Shown here piece after piece: positions 31,027-42,956 of a DNA stretch of 64,000 nt; position 1 is the stretch's first letter; every line of letters starts with the position of its first letter. A model generated the notes under the pieces. The model did no database searches. It was not told the DNA's origin and worked only from the letters and a program-made list of their open reading frames with translations. The stretch is from an uncultured Planctomycetaceae bacterium (lineage in GTDB: Bacteria > Planctomycetota > Planctomycetia > Planctomycetales > Planctomycetaceae), in the NCBI GenBank assembly GCA_963976765.1, contig CAXBME010000016.1, positions 1 to 64,000 of the forward strand, written 5' to 3'. Both the position numbers and the translations under genes were made by a program.

Positions 31027-31986
31027 TCAGCTCAGCTCTGCCAGCTCAGCATGAACCCGGTCGAGCAGTTCTTTGGACTTCTGGATGCCTTCCCGTTCCG
31101 GCAGCCCCTGCCCTTCATACTCGATGCCGACGTAGCCGTTGTAGCCGGCGTCAACGACGATCTTCATCATGCGAAGGAAGTCGGTTTCTTTCTTCCAGCG
31201 GCTGTCGATCGTGACGAACGGGCGGCTGTCGTCGAAGTCGTAGGTTTTGGCACTGACGGCTTTGGCGTAAGGCATCAGTTCTTTGGTACCGGTGTAACGG
31301 TCGTACCAGTCGCCTTTATTTCGGTCGATGCCAAAGTTGCCGAAGTCCGGCAGCGTTCCACAACCTTTGTGATCGACAGTCCTGATGACTTCGGCCAGCC
31401 AGGCACCGTTCGAAGACAGCCCGCCGTGATTTTCGACGATCACGCTGATGTCGTGCTTCGCGCCGAACTCGGCCAGGCTCCGCAATCCGTCCGCCGCCAG
31501 CTTGACCTGCTCCTGGTACGTGCCGCCGCTGGCCGCGTTAACTCGGATGGCGTGGCAGCCGAGAAACTTCGCGGCTTCCACCCATTTGTGATGATTTTCG
31601 ACAGCCTGCTTCCGTTTCGCTTCGTCGGGGTCGCCGAGCTTTCCTTCGCCGTCAACCATGATCAGCAGGCTGTGGACACCTTCGCCCTCGGCTCGTTTTT
31701 TCATCTCGGCGAGGTAAGACTCGTCGCCGGCTTTGTCTTTGAAAAATTGATTGACGTACTCGACGCCGTCGATATCCCACTCGCTTTTCGCCGTCTTTGC
31801 GAAGTCGAGATTGTCGATTTTCTTCGCAAACAATTCCTTGTGCAGTGACCACTGAGCCAGCGACAGCTTCCAGAGTGGCTTTTTCCGGTCGGCAGCAAAC
31901 AACGATTGAGTCGCCAGGCCCGACCAGGCAAGACCGGCGGCGGCAGCGGTCGATACGAAATCACGTCGATTCATCGTGGTTGTCAT
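31027..31986 (-). CDS. Tat-exported sugar phosphate isomerase/epimerase (xylose isomerase-like TIM barrel)
   Basis: [33 protein letters not shown]. Confidence 0.9.
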   Translation of the reverse strand: MTTTMNRRDFVSTAAAAGLAWSGLATQSLFAADRKKPLWKLSLAQWSLHKELFAKKIDNLDFAKTAKSEWDIDGVEYVNQFFKDKAGDESYLAEMKKRAEGEGVHSLLIMVDGEGKLGDPDEAKRKQAVENHHKWVEAAKFLGCHAIRVNAASGGTYQEQVKLAADGLRSLAEFGAKHDISVIVENHGGLSSNGAWLAEVIRTVDHKGCGTLPDFGNFGIDRNKGDWYDRYTGTKELMPYAKAVSAKTYDFDDSRPFVTIDSRWKKETDFLRMMKIVVDAGYNGYVGIEYEGQGLPEREGIQKSKELLDRVHAELAELS

Positions 31987-32160
31987 CTGAAAATTCTCAT
32001 CTTTAGAGTGTTGTGAAGTGAGTCCCACCGCAAATCCGCAGAGACTCCCGCCTCTCGAATAAGGTTCCCAGGCAAAGTCTATCGAGGGGCGGATCGAGTT
32101 CGCCAGACAGGGCGATCGGATGCGTTCAGCAATTCAGTCCCGTCGTCCAGGACTTGCAGC

Positions 32161-32991
32161 TCAGTTTAGCCGGCGTGCCCAGGGGGAGACCTGAGAATAG
32201 ACGACTCGTTCAGACCCCGGACGAACGCGTTCGACCTTTGGCCGAAGTTTTCGCTGGCGGCCCAGAAACGCGGTAAGAATCAGGCCGACCACGAAGCCGC
32301 CGATGTGTGCCCACCAGGCGACTCCGCCCGCAGCGGCTGAGGCACTCGCAATGGCTCCCTGGTAAAACTGCATCAGGAACCAGATTCCAAGAAACAACGG
32401 CGCCGGCAGACTGAGCACCTGCAGAATGACGACTAACGGAACCAGAGTCAGCACCCTCGCCCGCGGGTAGAGCAGCATGTAAGCGCCCATGACTCCGGCG
32501 ATCGCGCCGCTGGCTCCGATCGTGGGAATCAACGACGTCGGCCCGGCCAGGTAATGAGCCCCGCTCGCCGCGACGCCGCACAGCAGATAGAAGATCAGGT
32601 ACCCAATGTGGCCATAACGGTCTTCAACATTGTCCCCGAAGATCCAGAGAAACCACATGTTTCCGAAAAAGTGCATCCAGCCGCCGTGCAGAAAAATGCA
32701 GGTCAGCAGCGTCGCCCAAGCTGGCACGGCAGCCGGGGGAAACGGCGTTTCATCTTCGGTCCGGACAAGCTGAATTCCAAACGGTGTCGGTACGGGCTGA
32801 AGGACGATTGTATTTTCTGACAGCGAACGATTGGCAACCCGAGCCGGAATCATGCCGTACTGATCGATGAGCGACGTCTCGCCTGGCTGCTGTTTCACCT
32901 GCAGAAAGAAAACGACCGAGCAAATGGCGATCATCAGATAGTTGACTACCGGCGTCGTTCGCGACGGGATGTTATCTCGAAGTGGAAGCAT
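32161..32991 (-). CDS. Rhomboid intramembrane serine protease
   Basis: FLHGGWMHFFGNM, GASGA, AHIGG. Confidence 0.95.
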   Translation of the reverse strand: MLPLRDNIPSRTTPVVNYLMIAICSVVFFLQVKQQPGETSLIDQYGMIPARVANRSLSENTIVLQPVPTPFGIQLVRTEDETPFPPAAVPAWATLLTCIFLHGGWMHFFGNMWFLWIFGDNVEDRYGHIGYLIFYLLCGVAASGAHYLAGPTSLIPTIGASGAIAGVMGAYMLLYPRARVLTLVPLVVILQVLSLPAPLFLGIWFLMQFYQGAIASASAAAGGVAWWAHIGGFVVGLILTAFLGRQRKLRPKVERVRPGSERVVYSQVSPWARRLN

Positions 32992-33169
32992 GACGTGTCC
33001 GTCGTTTCACGAGTTGGTTCTGCCTGTCACCATTGAGCACGAGCCGTGAGTTTATCGTGCCGAAGAGTTCGTGCGAGTCGGCATTCTTTTCTTGCTGAGG
33101 TGCGAATTCCGGCGTCGTGTTTAAGATGCGACCTTTCCTCTGACCCGGCCACCATGCAGGAGAATCACG

Positions 33170-34669
33170 TTGTCCCGAAAACCAACTCTCATGAGTCTGC
33201 TGGCGGTTCTGATTATCGTTCCCGCGAGCGTCGGCGCTTCTGAGGCAGAGTTATCAACCAGCGATGGTCAGGCTGCGATGAAGAAAGCGGTGTCATTCTT
33301 TCGCCAGAAAGTCTCGGCAAGCGGCGGGTATCTCTGGCAGTACGCGAGTGATCTTTCCGAACGCGAAGGAGAGCAACAGGCTTCCGTGACTCAGGTCTGG
33401 ACTCAGCCGCCGGGAACTCCCTACGTCGGTGAGGCGATGCTCGAAGCATACCTGGTCTGCGGAGAAGACTACCTGTTCGATGCCGCTCGCGATGCCGGGC
33501 AGGCGCTCGTAAAAGGACAACTGGTGTCGGGAGGCTGGGATTATCGAATCGAATTTGATCCGAAAGAACGCAACCAGTCGGCCTACCGGGTCGACCAGAC
33601 AGCGGCAGGCAAACCGCTCAGCGAAACGCAAAGGAAGGCATTGCTGAAAGCGAAAAACGTAACGACGCTGGACGACGACACGACACAGTCAGTGCTCCGC
33701 TTTCTGATGAAACTCGACAGCGTTCTGAAACAGCAGGACAAGTCGATTCACGAATGCGTCGAGTACTCGCTGCAGTCATTACTGAAAGCTCAGTACCCCA
33801 ACGGAGCATGGCCTCAGCGGTACAGCGAGTTCCCGGACTCCGCCGACTTTCCGATCACGAGAGCGTCTTATCCGAAGTCATGGCCACGCGAGCATCCCAA
33901 AGAGGACTACCGCAGTTTTTACACGTTCAACGACAACACGCTCGCCGACTTGATCGACACGATGTTTCTGGCCGAGCAGCTCTACGATGACGCACGCTAC
34001 GGTGCGGCTGCCCGTAAGGCTGGTGACTTCATTCTGCTGGCTCAAATGCCCGAACCGCAGCCAGCGTGGGCTCAGCAGTACAACGCGGAAATGCATCCAG
34101 CCTGGGCCAGACGCTTTGAACCAACCGCCGTTACGGGCGGAGAGTCTCAGGGAGTCATTCAGATCCTGCTCACACTGTACAGCCACACGCACGACGACAG
34201 GTATCTGGCTCCGGTCGGCAAGGCACTGGACTATCTGGAGCGATCGACACTGCCTGATGGTCAGCTTGCCCGCTTCTACGAACTGAAAACCAACCGGCCA
34301 CTCTACTTCACTAAGGACTACGTGCTGACCTACGACGACTCAGACATGCCAACGCACTACGGCTTCAAGGTGAGTTCGAAGCTTCCCCGGCTGCGAACTG
34401 CGTATGAATCCGCACGAAAGGCAGCCCCCGACGCTGCCCCTGTCTGGACTGCGAACCGATCGGCTCTCAAGCCTTCCGGCAGCCTGAATCAGGCGGCTAA
34501 AGAGCTGGTCGAGAAGATGGACTCGCGCGGCGCGTGGCTGGAAAATGGCAGACTCAAAGCCAAAGGCAATGACGACCGCTCGCAGAAAATCATCACGACA
34601 AAAACGTTCGCGACAAACCTGCGAACGCTCAGCCGTTTTGTCGGAAGCATGAAGCAACAGGCGAAGTGA
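33170..34669 (+). CDS. Secreted PelA-type (PL10-like) pectate lyase family protein
   Basis: TTLDDDTT, QYPNGAWPQ, TFNDN, WAQQY, PAWARRFEP, ARFYE. Confidence 0.8.
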   Translation: MSRKPTLMSLLAVLIIVPASVGASEAELSTSDGQAAMKKAVSFFRQKVSASGGYLWQYASDLSEREGEQQASVTQVWTQPPGTPYVGEAMLEAYLVCGEDYLFDAARDAGQALVKGQLVSGGWDYRIEFDPKERNQSAYRVDQTAAGKPLSETQRKALLKAKNVTTLDDDTTQSVLRFLMKLDSVLKQQDKSIHECVEYSLQSLLKAQYPNGAWPQRYSEFPDSADFPITRASYPKSWPREHPKEDYRSFYTFNDNTLADLIDTMFLAEQLYDDARYGAAARKAGDFILLAQMPEPQPAWAQQYNAEMHPAWARRFEPTAVTGGESQGVIQILLTLYSHTHDDRYLAPVGKALDYLERSTLPDGQLARFYELKTNRPLYFTKDYVLTYDDSDMPTHYGFKVSSKLPRLRTAYESARKAAPDAAPVWTANRSALKPSGSLNQAAKELVEKMDSRGAWLENGRLKAKGNDDRSQKIITTKTFATNLRTLSRFVGSMKQQAK

Positions 34670-34837
34670 CCCGACCTGCTGCCATTGTCTGCCGAGTCTG
34701 TCAAACGAAACACTGACGTCCCATCATGGCGCCAGCCTCCCTGCGAATCGGCAGGCGGCCCCTTCGCTTGACATGTCCTGCCTGTTTCCAAACAACTCAA
34801 TCTCCTCACCACATGATCAACCAGTCTGGAGTCCCCG

Positions 34838-35281
34838 ATGAGTCCTGAAGAAAAAGCAAAAGAACTCGGAATCAACTTTCCTGAAATTCCGAAGCTGTAC
34901 CTCAACCTCTGCATTCGCACCGGCAACCTGTTGATGACTTCTGGCCACGTCAGTGACATCAAAGGAAAACTCGGAGCCGACCTGACGGTCGAAGAAGGCT
35001 ACGCGGCCGCGAAAGAGTGCGCGATCAAGATTCTGCAATCAGTTCATCACGTCCACGGAACGCTGGACGGCCTGCGGGTCATCAAAGTATTCGGCTGCGT
35101 GAACTCGACGCAGGACTTCACTGACCAGCACCTCGTGATCAACGGCTGCTCGGATTTCTATCACGAAATCTTCGGAAAAGATGGCGACGGTTTCCACGCA
35201 CGCAGCGCGCTGGGTTTCGCTTCCCTTCCAACCGGCCCCGGCGTCGAAATCGAAGCCATCTTCGAAATCAAAGACGCGTAG
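34838..35281 (+). CDS. RidA/YjgF family protein
   Basis: VINGCSD, HARSALG..SLP, VEIEAIFE. Confidence 0.88.
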   Translation: MSPEEKAKELGINFPEIPKLYLNLCIRTGNLLMTSGHVSDIKGKLGADLTVEEGYAAAKECAIKILQSVHHVHGTLDGLRVIKVFGCVNSTQDFTDQHLVINGCSDFYHEIFGKDGDGFHARSALGFASLPTGPGVEIEAIFEIKDA

Positions 35282-35458
35282 TTCCAGCCTGTTGACGTCA
35301 CAGTCTGAACCATGACTGAACACGAACTGTTACCAGAATGAGTGCCGACTGGGGCTTATGTTGATTGGTCGTTCGTCGCATGCAGCGACAGACGGTCAAC
35401 CTTCATCATCAGCAAGTGGACGTACGAACTTCGAAACGTCAGCCGCCAAATCGGCAAC

Positions 35459-36382
35459 TCACGCCGCACGGTGAGTTTCTGATTCGTGTGCCTGTTCTGA
35501 AACGCCTGAAATCATGGTTGACGACGCCGCTGGCCCACTGAGGGCGTAATCAATGATGCCGTGAATCCGGTATAACGACTCCATCAATTTCGGGCTCAGA
35601 CGTAGCAGCCGCACGGTTGCTTTACGGACATGCCTGAGCGCTGTTCGAAACAGTTCTGCGGTCCTTGTGGCATCGTTGCGATATTTGCATCGGTAGTAAG
35701 CTTCGGACCAGCCAAGGTGGTAATCGCGAAGCCGCGTCGTACTCTTGGAGGTTGGCGTCGATTCGCCGATGAGATGCCGAACCTCCGTATTCGGAGCCAG
35801 CACCAGCAGATGCCCGGCGAGTCGAGTCTTTGTACAGAGATCAGTGTCTTCGTAAAACAGGAACAGGTTGGGATCAAAGAATCCGATCGCTTCAAATGCG
35901 GACATCCGGATCAGCATACAGTGCCCGCTAAGCTGCTCGACATGATGAGGATTGACTTCGCCCGAGGCATAACGTCGGTAGCTTGACTCATCGCCTGACA
36001 TCGAACCTTCAGCGCCAGGACCGACGATAGCGACATCGGGATATGTGCGTAGAATCCTGACCATCTCGGTCATCGCATTCGAATTCAGAAAACAGTCCGG
36101 GTTCAGAACCAGCACAAACGGCGTTGTGATACGCTCAAGATTTGCATTGTGGCCACGTCCGAATCCAAGGTTTCTGTCGCTGGCGATCAACTCGACGTGG
36201 GGAGAGTGTTTTTTTATGAATTCAGCCGTTCCATCCGAACTCGCATTATCAAATATCCGGACACGCACCCCGTCCGGCAGCGAGTCCAGACACTCACCGA
36301 GAACATTCCGACTGTTATAGGACACAATGCTAACAGTGATATCCAGGTATGATTCACAAATTGTCATCAGAGATAAATCCAT
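35459..36382 (-). CDS. GT2 glycosyltransferase
   Basis: IVSYNS, DNASSDGT, NLGFGRGHN, LNPD, FYEDTD. Confidence 0.9.
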   Translation of the reverse strand: MDLSLMTICESYLDITVSIVSYNSRNVLGECLDSLPDGVRVRIFDNASSDGTAEFIKKHSPHVELIASDRNLGFGRGHNANLERITTPFVLVLNPDCFLNSNAMTEMVRILRTYPDVAIVGPGAEGSMSGDESSYRRYASGEVNPHHVEQLSGHCMLIRMSAFEAIGFFDPNLFLFYEDTDLCTKTRLAGHLLVLAPNTEVRHLIGESTPTSKSTTRLRDYHLGWSEAYYRCKYRNDATRTAELFRTALRHVRKATVRLLRLSPKLMESLYRIHGIIDYALSGPAASSTMISGVSEQAHESETHRAA

Positions 36383-36762
36383 AGGTGTCAGTGCTTCCGT
36401 GCAAGAATCTCGAAAGTTACTCCGGTGACAACTTCAGGCCAACATCACTCTCAATACCTTTCGGCGAAACACGCTGCCCCCAATGGTGGACGCCAGCCAG
36501 CGACGAAATGCCGCCTGTCAACTGAAGTTCAGTCCTCAAACAACTAACCGTGCCGTTCTCGCAAAGCATGGAAGTTAACAGTCCAGGGAGAACCTGCTTC
36601 GCCCATTCGCGGAAATGCCGAAAATCGTTGCTCTCACCGCAGTCGCGAAACGATTTCGGGCCTGTCAGTTTAAAGCTTTTCAGAGTGCGGACTCCCGGTG
36701 GGCAATCATGTCTTCCAGGTATACTCTTCACGAAGACGCCACCTGCCTGGGAAAACATTCGC

Positions 36763-37947
36763 ATGCTGCAAACGCCGATCTATCTGGATAATCATGCGAC
36801 GACCCGGTGTGATCCGCGGGTTGTCGAGGCGATGCTGCCGTACTTTTCGGAAGTGTTCGGCAACGCGGCAAGCACGAGCCACCAGTTCGGCTGGGATGCC
36901 AGAAACGCGGTCGACGAAGCCCGCCAGCAGATTGCATCCTTGTTAAACACTAATCCTCGAAGCGTCGTGTTTACGAGCGGAGCAACTGAAGCGTCCAACC
37001 TGGCGATTAAGGGAGTGATTCAACCACTCCTGCGAGCTGGCGATACAAAGCGGCCTCACGTTATCACAAGCGCCGTCGAGCATCGCGCAACCCTCGACCC
37101 TGTAAAACGGCTGCGACGGACAGGTGCAGACGCCACTGTCCTCCCTGTTGACGAATTCGGCCAGGTGTCTCCTCAACAGGTGGCCGATGCCCTGCGTGAT
37201 GAAACATCGCTCGTGTCGATCATGCTGGCAAATAATGAAATCGGGACGATCAACTCGATTGCCGAAATCGCCGAAATCTGCCATGGCCGAAACGTGCCGT
37301 TGCATTGCGATGCCGTTCAGGCTGTCGGGAGAATTCCGGTTGATCTTCAGAATCTGAAGGCCGATCTGGTCAGCGTGAGCGCTCACAAACTGTACGGTCC
37401 AAAGGGCATCGGAGCACTGATTGTGCGACGTGGTAATCGGCAAGCCCGACCGGAACCATTGCTGGACGGCGGCGGGCACGAGAACGGCTTACGCAGCGGC
37501 ACTTTGCCCGTGCCATTGATTATTGGTTTCGGACACGCCTGCCTGCTTGCTTCGAATGAGTGCTCTGACGAAGCAACGCGTCTCAGAAAGTTGCAGGATG
37601 AACTGTGGGAGCGACTCAGCACACAGCTCGACGGACTGCATCTCAATGGTCATCCAACGGAACGACTGCCTGGCAACCTGAATGTCAGTTTTGAAGGCAT
37701 CGACGGTGACGTCTTGATGAACAGCCTGACTGAAATTGCGGTCAGCTCTGGTTCAGCCTGTACCTCGGCGGAGTCTGAACCAAGCCACGTTCTGCGAGCA
37801 ATCGGGCGGAGCGATGAGTTAACGCGAGCCAGTCTGCGTTTCGGAATTGGCCGATTCAACACGTGCGAAGAAATTAACTTCGCTGCTGAATACGTCGTCA
37901 AAACTGTGCAGCGTCTTCGGAATTCTTCGTCGGCGAAACATCGGTGA
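36763..37947 (+). CDS. Cysteine desulfurase (IscS/NifS family)
   Basis: IYLDNHATT, TSGATE, SAHKLYGPKG, SSGSAC. Confidence 0.95.
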   Translation: MLQTPIYLDNHATTRCDPRVVEAMLPYFSEVFGNAASTSHQFGWDARNAVDEARQQIASLLNTNPRSVVFTSGATEASNLAIKGVIQPLLRAGDTKRPHVITSAVEHRATLDPVKRLRRTGADATVLPVDEFGQVSPQQVADALRDETSLVSIMLANNEIGTINSIAEIAEICHGRNVPLHCDAVQAVGRIPVDLQNLKADLVSVSAHKLYGPKGIGALIVRRGNRQARPEPLLDGGGHENGLRSGTLPVPLIIGFGHACLLASNECSDEATRLRKLQDELWERLSTQLDGLHLNGHPTERLPGNLNVSFEGIDGDVLMNSLTEIAVSSGSACTSAESEPSHVLRAIGRSDELTRASLRFGIGRFNTCEEINFAAEYVVKTVQRLRNSSSAKHR

Positions 37948-38073
37948 GAGAGCTGCTTCCGACTGCGGTGACTCCCGCCAGCGACGCGAGGCGCGCATAA
38001 TCCTGGCCCGCTAGCGTCGGACGTCGATCGACGATCCGTTTTCCATCCACCGTTGAACTGCGAGGAGGCACAC

Positions 38074-39552
38074 ATGGCAACCGCAACAGAACAAGCAACG
38101 ATCGCTACACCGAAAGTTCGCCAGACGAAAATTCTGATTGGCGGCGAGTGGCGAGACGCAGTCAGCGGCAAGACGTTTCAAACGATCAATCCCGCCACGG
38201 AAGAAGTGATTGCCGAAGTGGCCGAAGGCGACCAGGCTGACATCGATCTCGCCGTGAAGGCTGCCCGTCAGGCGTTCGAGTCTGGACCGTGGGCCACGAT
38301 GGACGCTCGCGACCGAGGCCGGCTGATTCATCGACTTGCCGATCTGATCGAAGAAAACTTCGACGAACTGTCGGCGCTGGAAACACTCGATAACGGAAAA
38401 CCAATCGCAGACGCTCGAGCAGCGGACCTGCCACTGGTCATCGATTGCCTGCGGTACTACGCCGGCTGGGCCGACAAGATTCAGGGCGACACGATTCCGA
38501 TTCGCGGCAACTATCTGTGTTACACACGTCGCGAGCCGCTCGGAGTTTGCGGACAGATTATTCCGTGGAACTTCCCGATGCTGATGACGGCGTGGAAGTG
38601 GGGACCGGCTCTCGCGGCTGGCTGCACGATTGTCATGAAGCCGGCTGAGCAGACTCCTTTGACCTGCCTTCGCATGGGCGAACTGGCGATGGAAGCGGGC
38701 TTCCCTCCCGGGGTCATCAATATCGTGCCGGGTTACGGGCCGACCGCCGGAGCATCGCTCGTCAAACATCCGGACGTCGACAAAATCGCGTTCACGGGCG
38801 AGCACCTGACCGCTCAAAGAATCATGGCCGACGCGGCGATGACTCTGAAACGGCTGACGTTCGAACTGGGTGGTAAAAGTCCGAACGTTGTTTTCGCAGA
38901 CGCCGACATCGACGCGGCAGTTGCGGGTGCGGAATTCGGGCTGTTCTTTAACCAGGGTCAATGCTGTTGCGCAGGCAGCCGAGTCTTTGTCGAAGAGTCG
39001 ATCAAAGAACAGTTCGTTGACCGGATCGTTGAGCGAGCGGCTGCTCGAAAGGTCGGCAACCCGTTTGACACATCAACCATGCAGGGACCGCAGGTCGACC
39101 AGGCTCAGTTCGACAAGATCATGTCTTACATCGAAAAAGGTAAGTCCGGCGGGGCGGCCTGCGTGACCGGCGGCAATCGAGTTGGTGACAAGGGCTACTT
39201 TATTGAGCCAACCATTTTCGACAACGTAACCGACGATATGGAAATTGCCGCGAACGAGATCTTCGGGCCGGTCATGAGCATCCTTTCGTTCAAAGACATG
39301 GACGAAATCATCGAACGATCCAACTCAACGTTCTACGGACTGGCCGCAGCGGTCTGGACTCGAGACATCGGCAAGGCTCATCGGTATGCGAACTCGGTGA
39401 AAGCAGGAACCGTCTGGGTCAACTGCTACGACGTCTTCGACGCTGGAGCCCCATTCGGTGGGTTCAAGATGAGCGGCATCGGTCGCGAACTCGGAGCAGC
39501 CGCCTTGAACAACTACACCGAGCTGAAGACGGTGACTGTCAGTCTGGACTGA
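38074..39552 (+). CDS. NAD(P)-dependent aldehyde dehydrogenase
   Basis: [28 protein letters not shown]. Confidence 0.96.
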   Translation: MATATEQATIATPKVRQTKILIGGEWRDAVSGKTFQTINPATEEVIAEVAEGDQADIDLAVKAARQAFESGPWATMDARDRGRLIHRLADLIEENFDELSALETLDNGKPIADARAADLPLVIDCLRYYAGWADKIQGDTIPIRGNYLCYTRREPLGVCGQIIPWNFPMLMTAWKWGPALAAGCTIVMKPAEQTPLTCLRMGELAMEAGFPPGVINIVPGYGPTAGASLVKHPDVDKIAFTGEHLTAQRIMADAAMTLKRLTFELGGKSPNVVFADADIDAAVAGAEFGLFFNQGQCCCAGSRVFVEESIKEQFVDRIVERAAARKVGNPFDTSTMQGPQVDQAQFDKIMSYIEKGKSGGAACVTGGNRVGDKGYFIEPTIFDNVTDDMEIAANEIFGPVMSILSFKDMDEIIERSNSTFYGLAAAVWTRDIGKAHRYANSVKAGTVWVNCYDVFDAGAPFGGFKMSGIGRELGAAALNNYTELKTVTVSLD

Positions 39553-39741
39553 AATGTTGTCATTCGAATTCCGGGCGGTCGACGGTGACCGTCCGGAATC
39601 GCGTTCGAAAAGTCGAGTATCAACGGAAGTGGCGAGTCATTTGCTTCACGCAAAACTGCAGGTGGATTCCGTCGAAATCAGCGTCCTGCAGGCCTTAACT
39701 TCGGAAAAATCAAGTAACAACCAAGCTGGTCCTCGCGAAAT

Positions 39742-41193
39742 TCAGGACTCAGTTGGTTCTCGATTTCTTAGCTGCCTGGCAAGCCGGCAAAACTGATCGC
39801 CGCGGTCGACGAAGCTTTGAAACCAGTCAAAACTTGCACAGCCTGGCGAGAGCAGAATGACATCGCCGGGTGACGATTGTTCGACGGCCCATGCGAATGC
39901 CTGTTCAAAGTCCGGACACGATTCGACAGGCAGGTGAGCGTTTGCGGTTGTGATGCCACTCTTCAGCGTCGGTGCTGTCTGGCCGAGCAGCGACGCGGCT
40001 TTGGCTCGTTCGGCAATCTTCTTTGAAAGGTTTGTCAGGTCGATCTGCTTGTCGTAGCCGCCGGCCAGGATGACGACGGGTTCTTCGAATGAGTCAAGAG
40101 CGGCGATGGTCGACTCGGGCGTCGTCGAGATGGAGTCGTTGTAAAAACGCCGACCTTCGAAATAGCCGACCAGCTGCAATCGGTGAGGCAACGCTTCAAA
40201 TTTTTCAAGCCCCTGTCGAATTGCAGTCTCCGATGCGCCAGTAAGCTGAGCCGCAGCAACGCTGAATAAGGCGTTCGAAAGATTGTGGCGACCACGCAGC
40301 GTGCACCAATCAGCAATGGAAAATTCAAGAATGTTCGGCTTCTGATTGCGTTGGAGAATATGGGCCGTACCGTGCCGGTCGAGCCACGCCTGCATGGCAT
40401 CGTGTTTTGACAACACGTCATCAGGCGTATTTTCAGAAACAAAAGTCGTGCAGGCAGAGCGAGGCCACGTCGCAATGTCAGAGTCATCGCCGTTGAGAAT
40501 GCAGAAGTCGTCACTCGTCTGCCATCGAAGAATCGTTTGTTTGGCGCGTCTGTATTCGTCGAGTGTGCCATGCCAGTCGAGGTGGTTCGGCGCGAAGTTC
40601 GTGATGACGGCAATATCCGGCCTCGCTTTAATCCGATCCAACAGGTGCAACTGAAAGCTGCTGAGTTCGAGGACGACCCAGTCTTCCACGGAAATTTCGT
40701 CGACATGCGGCAACAGACTGCGACCAATGTTGCCTCCAAGCCAGCAGCGTTGCCCGCTCGCCTGGACAATCGAGTGAATCAGCGCCGTCGTTGTCGATTT
40801 TCCATTGCTCCCTGTGACGGCGATTACCCGTCCGCGATTCAGTGACCAGAACAGGTTCATTTCTGAACTCAGAGGGATTCCCATGGCTTCGATCTGCTGG
40901 ACGATCGGATGGCAAGGCGGGACAGCCGGGTTGACGACGACGAAATCCGCGTCAGAAAAATGCGACCAGTGATGCCCCCCAAGTTGCCAGTCGACGCCCT
41001 TCAAATCATCAAGCTCGGCCATCGTGACTTTGAGCTGTTGGGCGGAACGCTGATCGGAAACCCGGATGATGACGCCTCGTTCAACGAGGAACCGAACAGC
41101 CGCCGCTCCACCTCCAAAACCACCGAGCCCCATGACGGTAACTCGTCGGCCGGCGATCGCTGTCAGATCAGGAGTTGAATGAGGCTCTTCCAT
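39742..41193 (-). CDS. murD: UDP-MurNAc-L-Ala--D-Glu ligase
   Basis: GLGGFGGG, TGSNGKSTT, GGNIG, ELSSFQL, NHLDWH, LLSPGCASFD. Confidence 0.93.
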   Translation of the reverse strand: MEEPHSTPDLTAIAGRRVTVMGLGGFGGGAAAVRFLVERGVIIRVSDQRSAQQLKVTMAELDDLKGVDWQLGGHHWSHFSDADFVVVNPAVPPCHPIVQQIEAMGIPLSSEMNLFWSLNRGRVIAVTGSNGKSTTTALIHSIVQASGQRCWLGGNIGRSLLPHVDEISVEDWVVLELSSFQLHLLDRIKARPDIAVITNFAPNHLDWHGTLDEYRRAKQTILRWQTSDDFCILNGDDSDIATWPRSACTTFVSENTPDDVLSKHDAMQAWLDRHGTAHILQRNQKPNILEFSIADWCTLRGRHNLSNALFSVAAAQLTGASETAIRQGLEKFEALPHRLQLVGYFEGRRFYNDSISTTPESTIAALDSFEEPVVILAGGYDKQIDLTNLSKKIAERAKAASLLGQTAPTLKSGITTANAHLPVESCPDFEQAFAWAVEQSSPGDVILLSPGCASFDWFQSFVDRGDQFCRLARQLRNREPTES

Positions 41194-41322
41194 GATGCAT
41201 GGATTCTGACGCCCTCATCCGGAGATGCAATCTCCGTCGCCGGTTTACGGTTTCGTCAGGGAGGCTACTATTTGCCTCGTAAACTGGACAGAGGGTTTGT
41301 CCGGTCGGACGTTCGATCGAGT

Positions 41323-41376
41323 GTGCCACAGGCTCTGCCAGTGATTTTCAGTTTGCACAGGCAAAGCCAGTGGCAT
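41323..41376. repeat. REP-like doublet (GCCACWGGCTYYGCCAGTG family)
   Basis: Inverted pair here; a single copy near 15588-15606. Confidence 0.6.
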
Positions 41377-41422
41377 TCGGCGGCTGTTCGGGATCGATGG
41401 TTTGTGCCATGAGTAAAGAAGG

Positions 41423-42811
41423 TTGGTAGCGATGCAGTTTTCTCAGCGAGTTTTCGTCACCGTCCTTCTAGCCGCTGCTTTTCTGTCAGGGCTGACTGGC
41501 TGGTCGGAAGCGGCCACGGATTATGGCAAGCCGAACATCGTCATGATTCTGGTCGACGATCTCGGATACGGCGACCTGAGTTACATGGGGGCTCCCGATC
41601 TGAAGTCTCCGCACCTTGACGGACTCGCCGCACGAGGTATGAGATTTTCGAATTTCTACGCGAACTGCCCGGTGTGTTCTCCGTCGCGAGCGGCGCTGCT
41701 GACCGGTCGTTATCAGGCCCTCGTCGGAGTGCCAGGCGTCATTCGAACTCACCCTGAAAACAACTGGGGGTACCTCAGCGAATCGGCGACGCTGATTCCC
41801 GAAGTGCTCAAACCAGCCGGGTACCACACCGCGATTGTCGGTAAGTGGCACCTGGGGCTGGAGTCTCCCAACACGCCGATAGATCGAGGCTTCGATCATC
41901 TGCACGGATTCCTCGGCGACATGATGGACGACTACTACAACCATCGTCGGCACGGCATCAACTACATGTTTCACGACCGGACGGAAATCGATCCGAAGGG
42001 CCACGCAACGGACCTGTTTACGAAATGGGCGATCGACTACATGACCAGTCGCCAGACGGAGCAGCCGTACTTTCTTTACCTCGCGTACAACGCTCCACAC
42101 ACGCCGATTCAGCCGCCGCCGGAGTGGATCGACAAGGTTAAAGCCCGCGAGCCAGGCATTACCGATCAGCGAGCCAAACTCGTCGCCCTGATCGAGCATA
42201 TGGATGCTGGCATCGGGCAGGTGCTGTCGACGATTGAGCAACAAACAAAGAACGGAGGTCGACCAACGATCGTTCTGTTTTCCTCGGACAACGGCGGGCA
42301 GATCGAAGTCGGAGCGAACAACGGACCGCTGCGGGACGGCAAGCAGAGCGTCTACGAGGGCGGCCTCAAAGTTCCAACTTGCGCCGCGTCGTACGGTTCG
42401 GACCTGATCAAGCCGGGATCGTCGACCGAATTCCAAGCGATGACGATGGACCTGTTTCCCACAATCTGTGAACTCGCCGGAGTAAAGATCAATCATCACA
42501 TCGAAGGACGCAGCATCCTGCCAACGCTTCTCGGGAAGAAGCAGGAACAACTGCGAGGTGAGTGGTTCTTCACGCGTCGAGAAGGCGGGACTCGCTATCA
42601 GGGCAAAACAATCGACGCGGTGATCCAAGGGCCGTGGAAGCTCCTGCAGAACAGCCCGTACGGCCCTTTCGAATTGTTCAACCTGGCCGACGACCCGCAA
42701 GAAACGACCGATCTCTCACAGAAAAATCGAGCCAAATACAACGAGTTGTCAGCGGCACTTCGAAAGCAGATTCAACGTGAGGGCGCTGTTCCCTGGCAGA
42801 AGCCGGAATGA
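41423..42811 (+). CDS. Secreted formylglycine-dependent sulfatase
   Basis: DDLGYGD, CSPSRAALLTGR (CxPxR), GKWHLG. Confidence 0.95.
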   Translation: MVAMQFSQRVFVTVLLAAAFLSGLTGWSEAATDYGKPNIVMILVDDLGYGDLSYMGAPDLKSPHLDGLAARGMRFSNFYANCPVCSPSRAALLTGRYQALVGVPGVIRTHPENNWGYLSESATLIPEVLKPAGYHTAIVGKWHLGLESPNTPIDRGFDHLHGFLGDMMDDYYNHRRHGINYMFHDRTEIDPKGHATDLFTKWAIDYMTSRQTEQPYFLYLAYNAPHTPIQPPPEWIDKVKAREPGITDQRAKLVALIEHMDAGIGQVLSTIEQQTKNGGRPTIVLFSSDNGGQIEVGANNGPLRDGKQSVYEGGLKVPTCAASYGSDLIKPGSSTEFQAMTMDLFPTICELAGVKINHHIEGRSILPTLLGKKQEQLRGEWFFTRREGGTRYQGKTIDAVIQGPWKLLQNSPYGPFELFNLADDPQETTDLSQKNRAKYNELSAALRKQIQREGAVPWQKPE

Positions 42812-42956
42812 ATTAAATAATCGTAGATTCGCAGGCCGGGACTCGTCCCAGCTTCGTTTCAACGTTGATGAATCTGCCCGCAAACCAATCGAATCCGCAA
42901 CTCAAAACTCTTTGCTGGGTCACGCCCCAGCAGCCTGCATGAAGATTAAATCCGTC

